Assembly (NCBI GenBank): GCA_965240325.2
Contig: OZ251255.1
Span: forward strand, 248,001 to 312,000
Reading direction: 5' to 3'
Source: Rebecca billardiae RCC1528
Lineage: Eukaryota > Protista > Haptophyta
Length of the DNA: 64,000 nt
Numbering within the stretch: the first letter of the stretch is position 1; every line of letters begins with the position of its first letter. A program made the translations under genes and the position numbers. Below are positions 46,789 to 58,000 of this stretch, one piece after another. The notes under the pieces were generated by a model. That model saw only the letters and a program-made list of their open reading frames with translations. It had not been told where the DNA came from and made no database searches.

Positions 46789-49514
46789 TCAGCACCCCTC
46801 CTCGGCGCACGCGCCCAGCGCGTCCTCGTCGTCGCGCATGCCCAACACCCGCAGAAGGTTGGGCCGACTGCACGGGTGCTCGGCCGGCAGAGAGCCCGCG
46901 CCCGCCTGGCCGTGCCGGGGCGTGCGCGGTGGCGCGGGGGCGGCCGCGGGGTGTGTCAGCCAGGAGGGCGCGGGGCGGGTCGAGCGTGCTGGTAGGCAAC
47001 GCGGCAGCGGCGCGGACGTCGCGGTGGCACCGCGCGCACGCGCCGCGGCTGGGCCGTGGCGGCGCGCGCGCGGCCGGCCGGTGCGGCGGCGGACGCGCGG
47101 CGCGGCGCGGCGGCGCGGCGGGCGGCGGCGCGGCGCAGCGGGCGGCGCGGCGGGCGGCGGCGCGGCGGGCGCGTGCGCGCACCTGCAGCTTTGCGACGAG
47201 CACGCTCGAGTCCATCGCCGTCGCCATCACGACGTTGAGCAGCGGGCGCACCACCACCTCCGCCTGCGCGCGGCTCAGCCTGGCGGCCGGCGGCGCCGAG
47301 GCGCGCGGCCGGCGGCCGGCGGCGGCGAGGCGCGCGCGCGGACGCGGGCGCGGTTTGTGGTGCAGCAGTGAGGCGGGCGCGGGCGCGGGCGCGCGCGCGC
47401 GGGGTTCCGCTCGGCGGCATGCCGCGGCGTGGGCGGCGTGCGGCGCGGCCGGGACGCACCGCGCCGCGCCGCCCTCGGCGCCGCGCGCGCCGCCACCCGC
47501 CGGCGTGCGCGCGCAGAACAGCTCGATCAACAGCTCGAGATCTCGCGCAATCTCGGCGTGGTCGGCCGCGCAGAAGCGCAGCTCGGAGACGGACTCAAAC
47601 AGCACGCCCTCGATGGCGCGCACGGCGTGCGTGAGGAGCGCGGAGAGCGCCGCGGCGCACGGCGCCGGCTGCGAGCCCAGCGCCGCGCCGATCTCGCCGA
47701 TCATCTGCACACGCGCCGCGCGACGCGCGCGGCGTCGGCGTCGGCGGTGGCGGCGGCGGCGGCGGCACGGCGCGCGAGCGGTGGCGGCGCGCGGCGGGGC
47801 CGTGTAAGCGCTGCGCGCGCGAAGCGTGCCGGCCGCGGCGCGGCGGCGCGGCGCGCGGCGCGGTGGCGCGCTCGGCGCGGCAGGCGCACGCACCCTCGCC
47901 AGCTCCGGCGCCGCCGCCGCCTCGAGCCCGACGCGCTCCACCGCGCCGCCGCCGCCCGCCGCCGCCGCGCCGCCCGGCGGCTGCCGCTGCTGCCGCTGCG
48001 ACTGCGAGGCCGCAGGTTGGTACAGCTGCGCGCACAGCGGGCCGAAAAGGTCGTGGCTCACGAGCTTGGCGCCGAGCAGCTCGAGGCACGCGGCGCGCGC
48101 GCGCGCGAGCGGCGGCGCGCCGTCCGTCACGCCGCCGCTCGCCGCCGCGCCCGCGCCCGCGGCCGCGTGCTCCGGCCCCGCGGCCGCGCGGTGCAACGGA
48201 AGTGCGCCGCCGAGCGCGGCCGAAAGCGCTTCGCGTTGGCTTCTGACGAACTCGACTGAGGCGAGGCGCACGCAGAGGCTCTCGACGCTGAGCTCGGCGA
48301 GGGCGTGCGCGGGCGCGTGCGAGCACGCGGCCACGATCGCGCCGCGCGCGCGCCGCGCACGCGCCTCCGCGCCGCCCGGCGGCGCGCCGGGCGCGCCGGG
48401 CGCGGCGGCGGCGCGCTCGGCGGCGGACGGCGGCGGCGAGTCATCGTCAGCCAAGCCGGCGGCGCGTGCGTCGGCGAGCAGGGCGGCGCGCACCACCGCG
48501 GGCGTGCGGAGCGCGTCGAGCGCCGCGCCCGCGCCGAGCGGCGGCCGCGCGGCCGCCTCGCCGTACTCCGCGAGCACGCCCTCGAACGCGCACGCCAGCG
48601 CCGAAAACGCGTACCCCTGCGCGCCCTCGGGCAAGCTGAGCGCGCGCACGATGCGCGCCGTCTGCATGAGGCCGCCGACGAGGTCGGCGGCGGACGCGGC
48701 GTGCGCCGCGCGCGGGGAGAGCGGGGACCAGCGCTCGGCCATGAGCGCGCGGCGCGCGGCGCCGCTCACGCGCGCGCGCTGCGCGCCCGCCCACTGCAGC
48801 ACCAGCGGCGCCAGCGTCTCGTCAATCCGGAGCGACACTTTCGGCATGCGCGCGAACGCAGCGTGCGCCGACGGCGGCGGCGCGTGCGCGGACGGCGGCG
48901 CCGCCGGCGCGGACGGCGGCGGGTGCTGGCTGCCGCCGTCGTCCGAGCGCGGCTCCGCGCCAGCTGCGCCGGCTGTCGCCCCCGCGCCCACAGCCGCCGC
49001 CGCCGCCGCCGCCGCCGCCGCGGCGCTCGCGCCCGCCGCCGAGTTGGCACGCGAGCGCGCGCCGCCGCCGGCGCGCGCGCCCGCGAGCGCTCCCGCGCCC
49101 AGCCGTAAGCGACCATGGCCATCGGCGGTTGGGGCGGCGAGGAGGGCGCCTTGGTCGGCCGCGGCGCCGCCGTCCGCGCCGGCGGCGGTGACCGTGCCCG
49201 CCGCCATCGCGCGCAGCTTCGCCTCCAGCGCGCGCAGCTCGAGCACCGCCGAGCCCAGCTGTTTCGTCAGTGCCGCAGTGGGCAGCGTCGTCGCAACAGC
49301 GTGCGCGGCGTGCGCGGCGTGTGTGCGCGCGCACAGCGCGCGCACGTCGCCGCACGCCGGCTCGAGCACGGGCACGAAGTGGGCGTCCTCGAGCTCGAGG
49401 TCGGCGAGGAGCAGCGTGGCGAACCGGCGCAGCGCCTCCACCGAGAGCGGCGGCGGCGGCGCGCCGCCCGCGCCGCCCGCCGCGCCGCCGCGCGCGGGCG
49501 GCCTGGGCGGCGGC

Positions 49515-49549
<35 letters not shown>

Positions 49550-51613
49550 CGACGCGCGCCGCTTGGCCGCGAGCGAAGCTGCGGTCGGCGGCGAGGGCGG
49601 CGGCGGCTTGGCGGGCGAGCCGCCCGGCTCGGCCGCGCCGCTGCTCTGCCGCGCCACCGCGCCCGCCTCGGCCGCCGCCGCCCTCGCCGCCTCCGCGTCC
49701 CGCGCCGCCGCCTCCGCCTCCGCCGCCTCCGCCGCGGCGCGCGCGCGCAGCCGCGCCGATTGCGCAGACCAGGCGCTCACGAGAGCGCCGCGCGTCGCCG
49801 CGACGAAGCGCTCGGCCACGCCCTCCTCCGCCGGCGCGGGCGCGCCCGCCGGCGCGCCCTCCTCCGCCCACGCGCCCGCCGCAGCCGCCGCCGCGGCCAC
49901 CTGCGCCGCCGCCTCCGCCGCCGCCGCCGGCGCCCACCGGCCGCCGCCGCCCAGCCGCGGCTCCGGCGTCGACGGAGCTTCCGGCGAGCGCGCGGGCACG
50001 GGCGTGCGCGGCGGCGAGGGGGCGAGGGCGGCGGAGGCGGACTTGGGCCTCCGGAGCTCGGACGCGCGCGCGCCCTCCTCCTCGCCCTCCTCGCCCTCCT
50101 CGTCCGAGATGTCGTCGTCGTCGCCGTCGGCGTCGGCGTCGGCGGCCGCGCCGGCGCCGCCGGCCGCGCCGCGCCCGCCGCGCCCGCCGCCGCCGCCGCG
50201 CGCGCCGTCGGCGTCGGCCGCCTCGGCCTCGGCGCGTTGGCGCTCCTCGCGCGCGGCGGCGGCGTGCCGCGCGTCCGCGCCGAGCACGTGCGCGATCGCG
50301 TCCGCCAGCGTCGCCGCCTCCGTCGGCGCCACGTGCGCCCTGTAATTCTCGAGGCAGCAGCAGACAGCGCCCGCGGCCGCGAGCGTCGCGGCGCGCGCGT
50401 ACTGCGCAATCTCGACACGGGGAGATCGCGCGGCTGGGACGGGCCAGCGCGGCGCGGCGGCGGCGGCGGCGCGGGCGGAACGCGCATCGTCGCCCGCCCG
50501 GCCGGCCGGCGGCAGCCCGGCCGGCAGCTCGTCAGACGCCGCGGCGATGGACACGAGAGACCGCAGGAGCGCGCCGCCGCCGCCCGGGACGGCGCACCAG
50601 CGCACGGCGCCCGCGGCGAGCGCGCGCAGGAGCGCGGCCTCCGGCAGCGGGTCCGGGAGGGAGAGTCCGGCGCGCACGTGCGAGAGCAGCGCGGTCACCG
50701 GCCCGAGCAGCGCCTCGGGGAGCAGCGCCTCCACGCCCGCCGCCACCGTCACCAAATCGCCGCCGCCGCCGCCGCCGCCGCCAGGGCCGCCGCCGCCGCC
50801 GCCGCCGCCGTTGGGCAGCGCGGCGGCGGTGGTGACGAGCTCGCGCGGCTGGCGCAGCGCGCACGCGCAGAGCAGCCGCTCGTACACCGCGAGCGCGAGC
50901 GGCAGCGGGTACCGCAGCCGCCACGGCTCGCCGTTACTCACATGGGTAAGCGGCCCTATCGCCGCGTCGTGCAACTGACGCACGGCGGCGCAGTACAGCG
51001 CTTCGTCAAAGAGCGGCTGCGAGGGCGCGAGCGTGCGCAGCACGGCCATGTACCGGCGGCGGAGGAGCCAGCGCGCCTCCGCCGACGCCGACGGCGAGAG
51101 CCCGAGCCCGCCGACGCCGCCGCCCGCCGCCGACGCGCCGCTCGCCGAGCGGGCGCGCGGCGACGGCGTCGCGAGGCCGCCGGGTAGACTCGGCTCGGCG
51201 GCGGCGGCGGCGGCGGCGCGCGGCCGGGCGCGGCGCGCGAGCTCGTCGTGCTGCTGCAGCGCGAAGAGCAGCCCGCTCGTGAACACCGTCGTCTGCCGGT
51301 TCGCCCACAGCGCGAAATCAGCATGGCTGCCAAAGTCGGCCGGGCGGCGCGCGAGCAGCAGCGCGAGCCGATACGACAGCGCATGCTGCGGGCGGCCGCG
51401 GCCGGAGGGCGACTCGGCGGGCGCCTGCAGCGCGGCGACGAGCGCCAGGTGCGCGTCCGCGCCGATCCGCATGCACCGCGCGATCTGCGGCACGAGCCGG
51501 CGCTCGGCCGCCGTCAGCCGGTCCTGCGGCACGCAGCACAGGAACGTTTCGTACGCCGCAACGTGCAGCTGCGCGGGCGAGAGGCCGCAGCCATCGCGGA
51601 CGGGCGTGCTCAT
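46789..51613 (-). CDS. Munc13-homology (DUF810/PATROL1-like) tethering protein; multi-exon
   Basis: AAYETF, WANRQ...SGLL, YPLPLALAVYERLL, ERWSP...AASAADL, LCVRL, KLVSHDL, C-terminal PNLLRVLGMRDD, matching the order of motifs in plant PATROL1. Confidence 0.75.
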
Positions 51614-52169
51614 GGGCGGGCGGTGCGGGCGGGGGTGCGTGCCCCGCGGGGGGAGGACCGCCGAGGGAGGCTGCGCCGACGGGCGGAGGCGGGCCCCTGC
51701 GGAGCAAGCACTGCTCCGCGGCGCCTTCGTCGCTTGCGGCTGCTGCTGCGCAAGTTCTTGCAGTCGATTGCGCGATGCGCAGTCCGGTCGTCGGCGCCGC
51801 GCGCGCCCGGACGCACGTTCCAGCTCCTGCAGGCGTGCGGTGAGTCAAGGGTGTCGCCTCCCTTGGTGTCGCCGCAGTCCAGGTCCTCGGACCAGCTGCG
51901 CGCGGTCGGGCGGCTGCTGACCACTACAGTTTACTACGCTCACCGCTCAGGCAGGCGAGCTTGACGCCCGTAAGCGGAAAGCGGCCGTCACTCGGCGGCG
52001 ACGTCTGAGCCGGCCTCAGCCTCACTCCTCAGCAGGCTCGTCCGGCCGACGGTACGACAGTCGACACTCGACGACGACAGAGTCAGACCGCGCCGGCCTG
52101 CCGGACAGCGCGAGCGCCGCCGGCGGGCGCTGCACGCGCACGCAGCCGCCGGCACGCGGGCCAAGCGCC

Positions 52170-52805
52170 TCACGGGTCCATCGGGTACCCCTTCGCCACG
52201 AGCCGCTCGCGCGCCGGCGCGAGCTCCGCCTTCATCGCCTCGACGAATTTGGCGAGGTGCGGAAAGTCGGCTTTTTTGGGCGGCTCGGCGCCGCCCTCGG
52301 CGGCGGCCATGGTGTCGAGGTGGTCGAAGCGCGAGACGAGGGACGGGTAGACGAAGAAGTCGGCGTACGTGAGCCCCGGCCCCGCGATGCGCCCCGAGCC
52401 GTGCGCCGCCAGCCCGCGCTCGAGCACGCCAAACCATTTCTTGAGACGCTCGCCATTTTCCTTGAGCGGGCCGCCGGCTTTATTCCACTCGCCCAGGATG
52501 TCCTGCATGTTGAGCGCGGCCATCATGGCGTGGGCCTCCTCGGTGGGCGTCGATCCGCCCAGCCCGACCGCCTTGCCCACGTACTGCATGATCGCCGGCG
52601 TCTGCGAGACCGTCGTGCCGTCGGGCGCGCGCACCATCGGCACCGCAAAGAACGGCGTCGCGTCCGCGGGCGCCTCGTCCGGGAGCTTGACCTCGAAGGG
52701 CACGCCCTTGTACTCGAGCATGTAGAGCAGCCCGCACGGCCGGCCGACGAACTGGCGGCACGCCGAGTGGTAGTACAACGTCAGCCCGTCCATCGGCGTG
52801 GGCAT
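52170..52805 (-). CDS. Glutathione S-transferase
   Basis: LYY...GR...LLYMLEY, FAVPMV, SQTPAIMQYVG, LTYADF. Confidence 0.9.
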   Translation of the reverse strand: MPTPMDGLTLYYHSACRQFVGRPCGLLYMLEYKGVPFEVKLPDEAPADATPFFAVPMVRAPDGTTVSQTPAIMQYVGKAVGLGGSTPTEEAHAMMAALNMQDILGEWNKAGGPLKENGERLKKWFGVLERGLAAHGSGRIAGPGLTYADFFVYPSLVSRFDHLDTMAAAEGGAEPPKKADFPHLAKFVEAMKAELAPARERLVAKGYPMDP

Positions 52806-53069
52806 CTTGACACGCTCGCGCGAGGGCGGATTGCGGCAAGGGACGGCAAGGCTTGGAGTCCGCGCCCGACGACGGCGGCGACGGCGCCGAACCGAGGCCT
52901 TTCGCGGTCGCGTCCGCCGACTTCAGTCGCCGATGAAAACTCAAAACTCAATCTGCTACGACCTTCACCTAGTTTTGTACTGCACGCTAACAGTCTTTAT
53001 TATTGTAGATAGCGATCTGTCATGTCGTGAACGACGGTTCTGACACTGAGACTCGTCAGTCGAGTCTCG

Positions 53070-54341
53070 TCAACGCGTGAGCGGAGACGACGTGCGCTGC
53101 CGAGGCAAGCAGCTCGGCAAGATGCGCGCGAACGTCTCGCACCCGCTGCCGCAAGTCGGCCCGCACGCTGCTTGCAGCGTGTCGGCAGCATGCGGATGCG
53201 TGCCGCCGGCGGGTCCTGCCCCGCTCGGGGGCGGCGGCGTGCACGCCAGGCGCGCCGAAGAGACGCCGCTCCCCACGCCCGAATCGCCATCATCACGCTC
53301 GATGATGGGCGCCACCACCAGGAACCCGTCGCACATCTCCGACGCCTGTCCCTTCTTGGGGCGTGTGCGCATGCTCTGCTCATACAGCGGGATGGGGGTG
53401 CGCCACCCCGTCGTGTTGTACACGCACGTCAGACGCACCGCGTCGCCGCGGCGCACGAGGAACGGCGCGCCGAGCACGTGCAGCGTGTTTGGGCGCACGG
53501 CCGAGATGCGCTCGACCCGCCCGTCCGTGTGCAGCGCGTCCGTGCTCGCCCCGTACCCCACCACGTGGAAGTGATGGTTCACGGAAACTACCGCGAGGGC
53601 GCTCGCGCGCAGCCGGTCGAGCACGCACGCCACGCACTCCGCACGGCACACCGGCCGGATCTGGTACCGCTCGCGCCCGGGCGGGAGCGTGCGCGCCACG
53701 CTCGGCGGGAGCGCGCGGTCGTTGATGTGCGCCTGCGACACCAGCCGGAACGCGTCGCCGTCCGTGTTGGGCTCAAGCAGGAGCTTGAGGCCGGACCTGT
53801 CCACCGTGTCGAAGCCCGAGGCGGGCCGCCCTCGGTAGTGCACCTCGAGCAGCACGTACGGGTCGAGCGCCTGCGCGTACCCCGGGGGGAAGCGCGTCGC
53901 GATCCCGTCGTGCCAGGTGAGCGGGCAATGGACCTCCTTGCGCGGATCGCCCGCGCACGGGAAGGACCGACCAAAATGGCCAAACGCGGCCACGCTCGGG
54001 CTGCAGCGGCGCAGGAGGATGTGGTGGATGAACGCGAGGTTGCCGCGCGTCCACACCCAGCCCACACGACGCATGGCGGGCGTGTGCGGGTGCACGTCCG
54101 CCTGGGGGAGCCTGATGACGGTGCACATGTACACATCCTCCGAGGGCCCCCCGCGCACTCGGACGGGCTTGGACGGCGTGAGCTCGATCCATCCCGCGAC
54201 CAGAAGCGGCGGCTGCTGCGCCGACGCGTTGACGGGCGCCCCGCCGTGGGGCTTGGCCGCAGCGCCGTGATCGGCAGTGCACGCCGCCCAGACGAGAGCC
54301 ATCATGCGCGCAGCCCGACGGCGCCCGCGCAGCGAAGACAT
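53070..54341 (-). CDS. Copper type II ascorbate-dependent monooxygenase (PHM/DBH/MOXD1-like)
   Basis: DVYMCT, IHHILL, LLEVHY, DRSGLKL, HHFH, GDAVRLTCVYNT, SEMC cover the CuH and CuM ligands; start 54341 or 54305. Confidence 0.88.
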   Translation of the reverse strand: MSSLRGRRRAARMMALVWAACTADHGAAAKPHGGAPVNASAQQPPLLVAGWIELTPSKPVRVRGGPSEDVYMCTVIRLPQADVHPHTPAMRRVGWVWTRGNLAFIHHILLRRCSPSVAAFGHFGRSFPCAGDPRKEVHCPLTWHDGIATRFPPGYAQALDPYVLLEVHYRGRPASGFDTVDRSGLKLLLEPNTDGDAFRLVSQAHINDRALPPSVARTLPPGRERYQIRPVCRAECVACVLDRLRASALAVVSVNHHFHVVGYGASTDALHTDGRVERISAVRPNTLHVLGAPFLVRRGDAVRLTCVYNTTGWRTPIPLYEQSMRTRPKKGQASEMCDGFLVVAPIIERDDGDSGVGSGVSSARLACTPPPPSGAGPAGGTHPHAADTLQAACGPTCGSGCETFARILPSCLPRQRTSSPLTR

Positions 54342-54463
54342 CGTGCGCCGTGTGCGCTTCAAGAGTTCAAGCTCGCTCTGCGGCGCAGGGATGCTGGATT
54401 CAATATGAATCTCAATCGCCTTTCAATGTTTCATTGAATTCATTGAATTCACTGAATTCAATG

Positions 54464-54789
54464 TGTCAAAGGGTGAAGAGAGCGACGGGGCCGTGAGGCC
54501 CGAGGCGTGACGCTGAGGCTCGTCGATGCGAAGGACGAGGAGCTAGGAGTTCGACTCGAGGTGCGGTGAAGCGACACGAAAACTGAACTGCCCTGGCGAG
54601 GAAGGAATCCCGAGCCGTCTAAGACTGTGCTGGAGGCACTGATAGCCATCAACGGGTAAGTCGGGAAAGTGGCCATGATGGGCGCGTGTATGATCCCGAC
54701 TCGATAATGAATGTCGGTGTAGTGTGACGGTTGGTGATCCGGGTGTGTACGCACGGGAGAGCGAGTCCGGGTAACGTTGGATCTTGACA
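54464..54789 (-). repeat. Copia-B 3' LTR
   Basis: Apparently identical to 60892-61217. Confidence 0.96.
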
Positions 54790-55055
54790 CCCCCACCCAA
54801 TCGCAGCGGTGGTCGTACGAAACCTGGTCGACCCGAAGGGACTGGGTGTAGACGTGCGACCATCGTGTGATTGTAGATGATGCGATGTTGCCGTATGGGA
54901 TGCATGCGTCGGAGCGGTTGTCCGAGTAGACGATGTAGAAGTCGGGCGAGTCGGTGCCGGCAGCGTCTCCGTTCAGAAGAGACAACGTGAGGTCAATGTG
55001 CGTCCGACGAGCGGCGACCGATGTAGCACTGGGACTTCGTGTATGCGGCGAGGCC

Positions 55056-58000
55056 TTACATGCCCAGGATCTGAGCACGAAGTTTGAGGAAGGCGGCCGG
55101 GCCGAGCGGCTTGGTCATGATGTCGGCCGGGTTCTCGGTGCCGGGGATCAAGAAGAGCTTGAAGGTGCCGGCGCGGGCGTGCTGACGGTTCCAGTGGTAC
55201 TGGACGTCGATGTGCTTGGTGCGGTTGTGGTACTTCTCGTTGTCCGTGAGGTCCACCACCGCCTTGTTGTCCTCGAAGAGCTTGGTCGGCGCGAGCTGCG
55301 GGTAGCCGAGGTCGGTGAGCAGCTTGCGCATGAAGATGATCTCCTTGCCGGCGGAGGTGACGGCCATGTACTCAGCTTCGGTCGAGCTCAGAGCCGTCGT
55401 GCGCTGCTTCTCGCGGCGGCCGCTCACCGTCGAGCCGCAGAGGTGCATCACGTAGCCGGTGACAGACTTGCGCTCGTCGTGGAGGTCGTTGGCGTAGTCG
55501 GCGTCCACGTACGCGACGAGCATGACGTCCGAGCCCGAGCGGAAGAAGAGGCCGTGGTTCGGCGTGCCGGCGAGGTAGCGGATGACGCGCTTGGCAGCCT
55601 CGAGGTGCTTCTTGCCCGGCTTGGACATGAAGTGGGTGAGCGTGCCGACGGCGTAGGCGATGTCCGGGCGAAACTGCGTGATGTGGATGAGCGAGCCGAC
55701 CACGGAGCGGAAGAACGTCGTCGTCTCCGCGTCGAGCGCGTCTGACTCGGAGCACGGGCCGAGCTTGAGGCCCTCGGTCATCGGCGTGTCGGACGTGTTG
55801 CAGTTCATGAAGCCCGTCTTCTCGAGGAGCTCGAGGATGTTCTTGGTGACGGTCACCATGATGCCGTCCTTGGAGCGCGTGAGCGTGGCCGACAGGTAGC
55901 CGTCGATGTCGGCCGTGATGGTCATCTTGTACGAGGATGTGATCTTCGAGATGAAGTGGTCGCAGGCGGTCGGGTCGTCGCTGTCGTCGAGGATGAGCAT
56001 GTCGTCCACGTAGATGCACACGGCGATGATGCCCGACTGCGTGTTGAGGACATAGAGGCACGGGTCGGCCTGGCTCTGCGCGAACCCGTACTCCTTCATC
56101 CAGTCGTCGATCATGAGACGCCAGTTGCGGCCGGACTGCTTGAGACCGTAGAGGCTCTTGAGGAGGCGCAGCACGACGTCGCCCTTCGTCTTCGGCTTGT
56201 ACCCGAGCGGCAGCTCGAGGTAGATCTCGTAGTCGATCGGCGCGTTGAGGTACGCCGTCGTGAAGTCGCCGTGGAAGAGGCGGCGCTGCTTGGCCGCGGC
56301 GATGGCGATGATCATCTTGAGGGTCTCGTAGCGGACGACCGAGGAGAAGGTCTCGTCGTAGTCGATGCCCTCGATCTGCGTGAAGCCCTTGCCCACGACG
56401 CGGGCCTTGAACCGCTTGATGTTGCCCTTCTTGTCGCGCTTGATGTTGAACACGGGCGCCGCCTTCAGCGTGCGCATCCCCGGCTTGCGCGGCACCTCCA
56501 CCCACGTGTCGTTGGCCAGGATGGAGGCGTACTCGGCGTCGAGAGCGGCGGCGAACTGCGTCGCATGCGGGCCGTTGAGTGCTTGCACCGCCGTCGGCGT
56601 GTCCGAGAGTCCGATGGCGAGCAGGAGCGCGTAGATGCGCGGCAGCTTGGAGTAAGTCGGCGACGCGACCGAGTTGACGTGTGCGCGCGCGCGCGTGCGA
56701 GATGAGGGCGGGTCGTCGTCGTTGAGCGCGTTGTCGACATCGAGGGAGTCCTCGGCGCCGGCGGCGTCGTCGTCAGCGTCTCCGACGTAGGCGTGCGGTG
56801 CGTCCCCCACCCGCTCAGCGTGTCCGAATGCGCCAGCGCCATCGCGGCGCCGGACGGCGCCGTGGGAACTTCCCCCATTACCCACATCGGCAGCATGGAG
56901 GTCGAGCGGCGGCGACGTCGGCGGCAGCTGCGGCGCGGCGGCGAGCGGGTCGCGCACGATGTGAGCGGCGTCGGGGTGGTCGACGTAGAGCGTGTCCTCG
57001 TCGAAGCGCACGTGGTGCGAGATGATGAACATGTCCGGGACGATCTGGCCGTCGCCGGGCACGCGTACGATGATCGCCTTCGTGTAGCGCGTGCGGTTCT
57101 TGGGCGGGACGTTCACCATGTGGCCGTCGTCGCCGTGGCCGACGTAGACGCCCATGACGGCGCGCGGGTCGAGCTTCTTGAAGTGCGTGTTCGGCGGCAC
57201 GACGTAGGCGACGCAGCCGAAGACACGCAGCTGAGCGAGATCTGGCGGGAAGCCACGCAGCAGCTCGAACGGCGTCTTGTCGAACGTCACCGGCGTGGCG
57301 ATGCGGCGGATGATGTACGCGGCGTGGCGCAGCGCGTCCTTGGCGTAGGCGTCGATGCGCAGCTTGGAGTGGAACAGGATCGAGCGCGCCGCGTTGAAGA
57401 GCGTCTGGATGAAGCGCTCGGCGATCGGGTTGTGCTGCGGCGTGTCGGGCGGCGTGACCTGGTTGGGGGCGATGCCGTGCGCGCGGCAGATGCCCTCCCA
57501 GTCGGTCGAGTTGAGCTCGGGGGCGCCGTCGACGCGGAAGCGGCTGACGGTGCGGCCGTAGACCGACATGTCGTCGATGAAGCGTCGCATCGCCTCCGGT
57601 GCGTCCGAGCGGCGGTCGAGGAAGTAGATGAAGCCGGCCCGGGTGTAGTCGTCGACAAACACGATCACGTAGAACTTGGCAAAATCGTCCGGGTTCACGA
57701 TGAACTTGCCGTCGACGTAGCCGGCGACGTCGACATGGACGAGCACGAACGCCTTCTCCGAGCGGGGCGACGTGGACGTGAACGAGTTGCGCTTCATCTT
57801 GGCGAGCGCGCACGAGCAGTCCGACTTGAGGTTGCGCGCGCCGAGGTGCTTGGATGCGGCGAGCGTGCGGTTGACGGCAGCTGCGTGAGCGTGGCCGAGC
57901 CGGAGGTGAGCGACGCGCGAGAGCTCGTCGGTGTCCTTGAACTCGACGCAGCACTCGTCGCAGAACGTGTCGTCGTCCGGCGCGAGGTCGGCGGTCTGCG

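Noticed and set aside
45122-51613. 2163-aa Munc13-F-box-RCC1 fusion ORF
   Set aside because: Read-through artefact of stop-poor GC-rich introns and spacer. The Munc13-like gene has its own spliced last exon with a stop near 46789, and the RCC1 gene has its own ATG at 46570.
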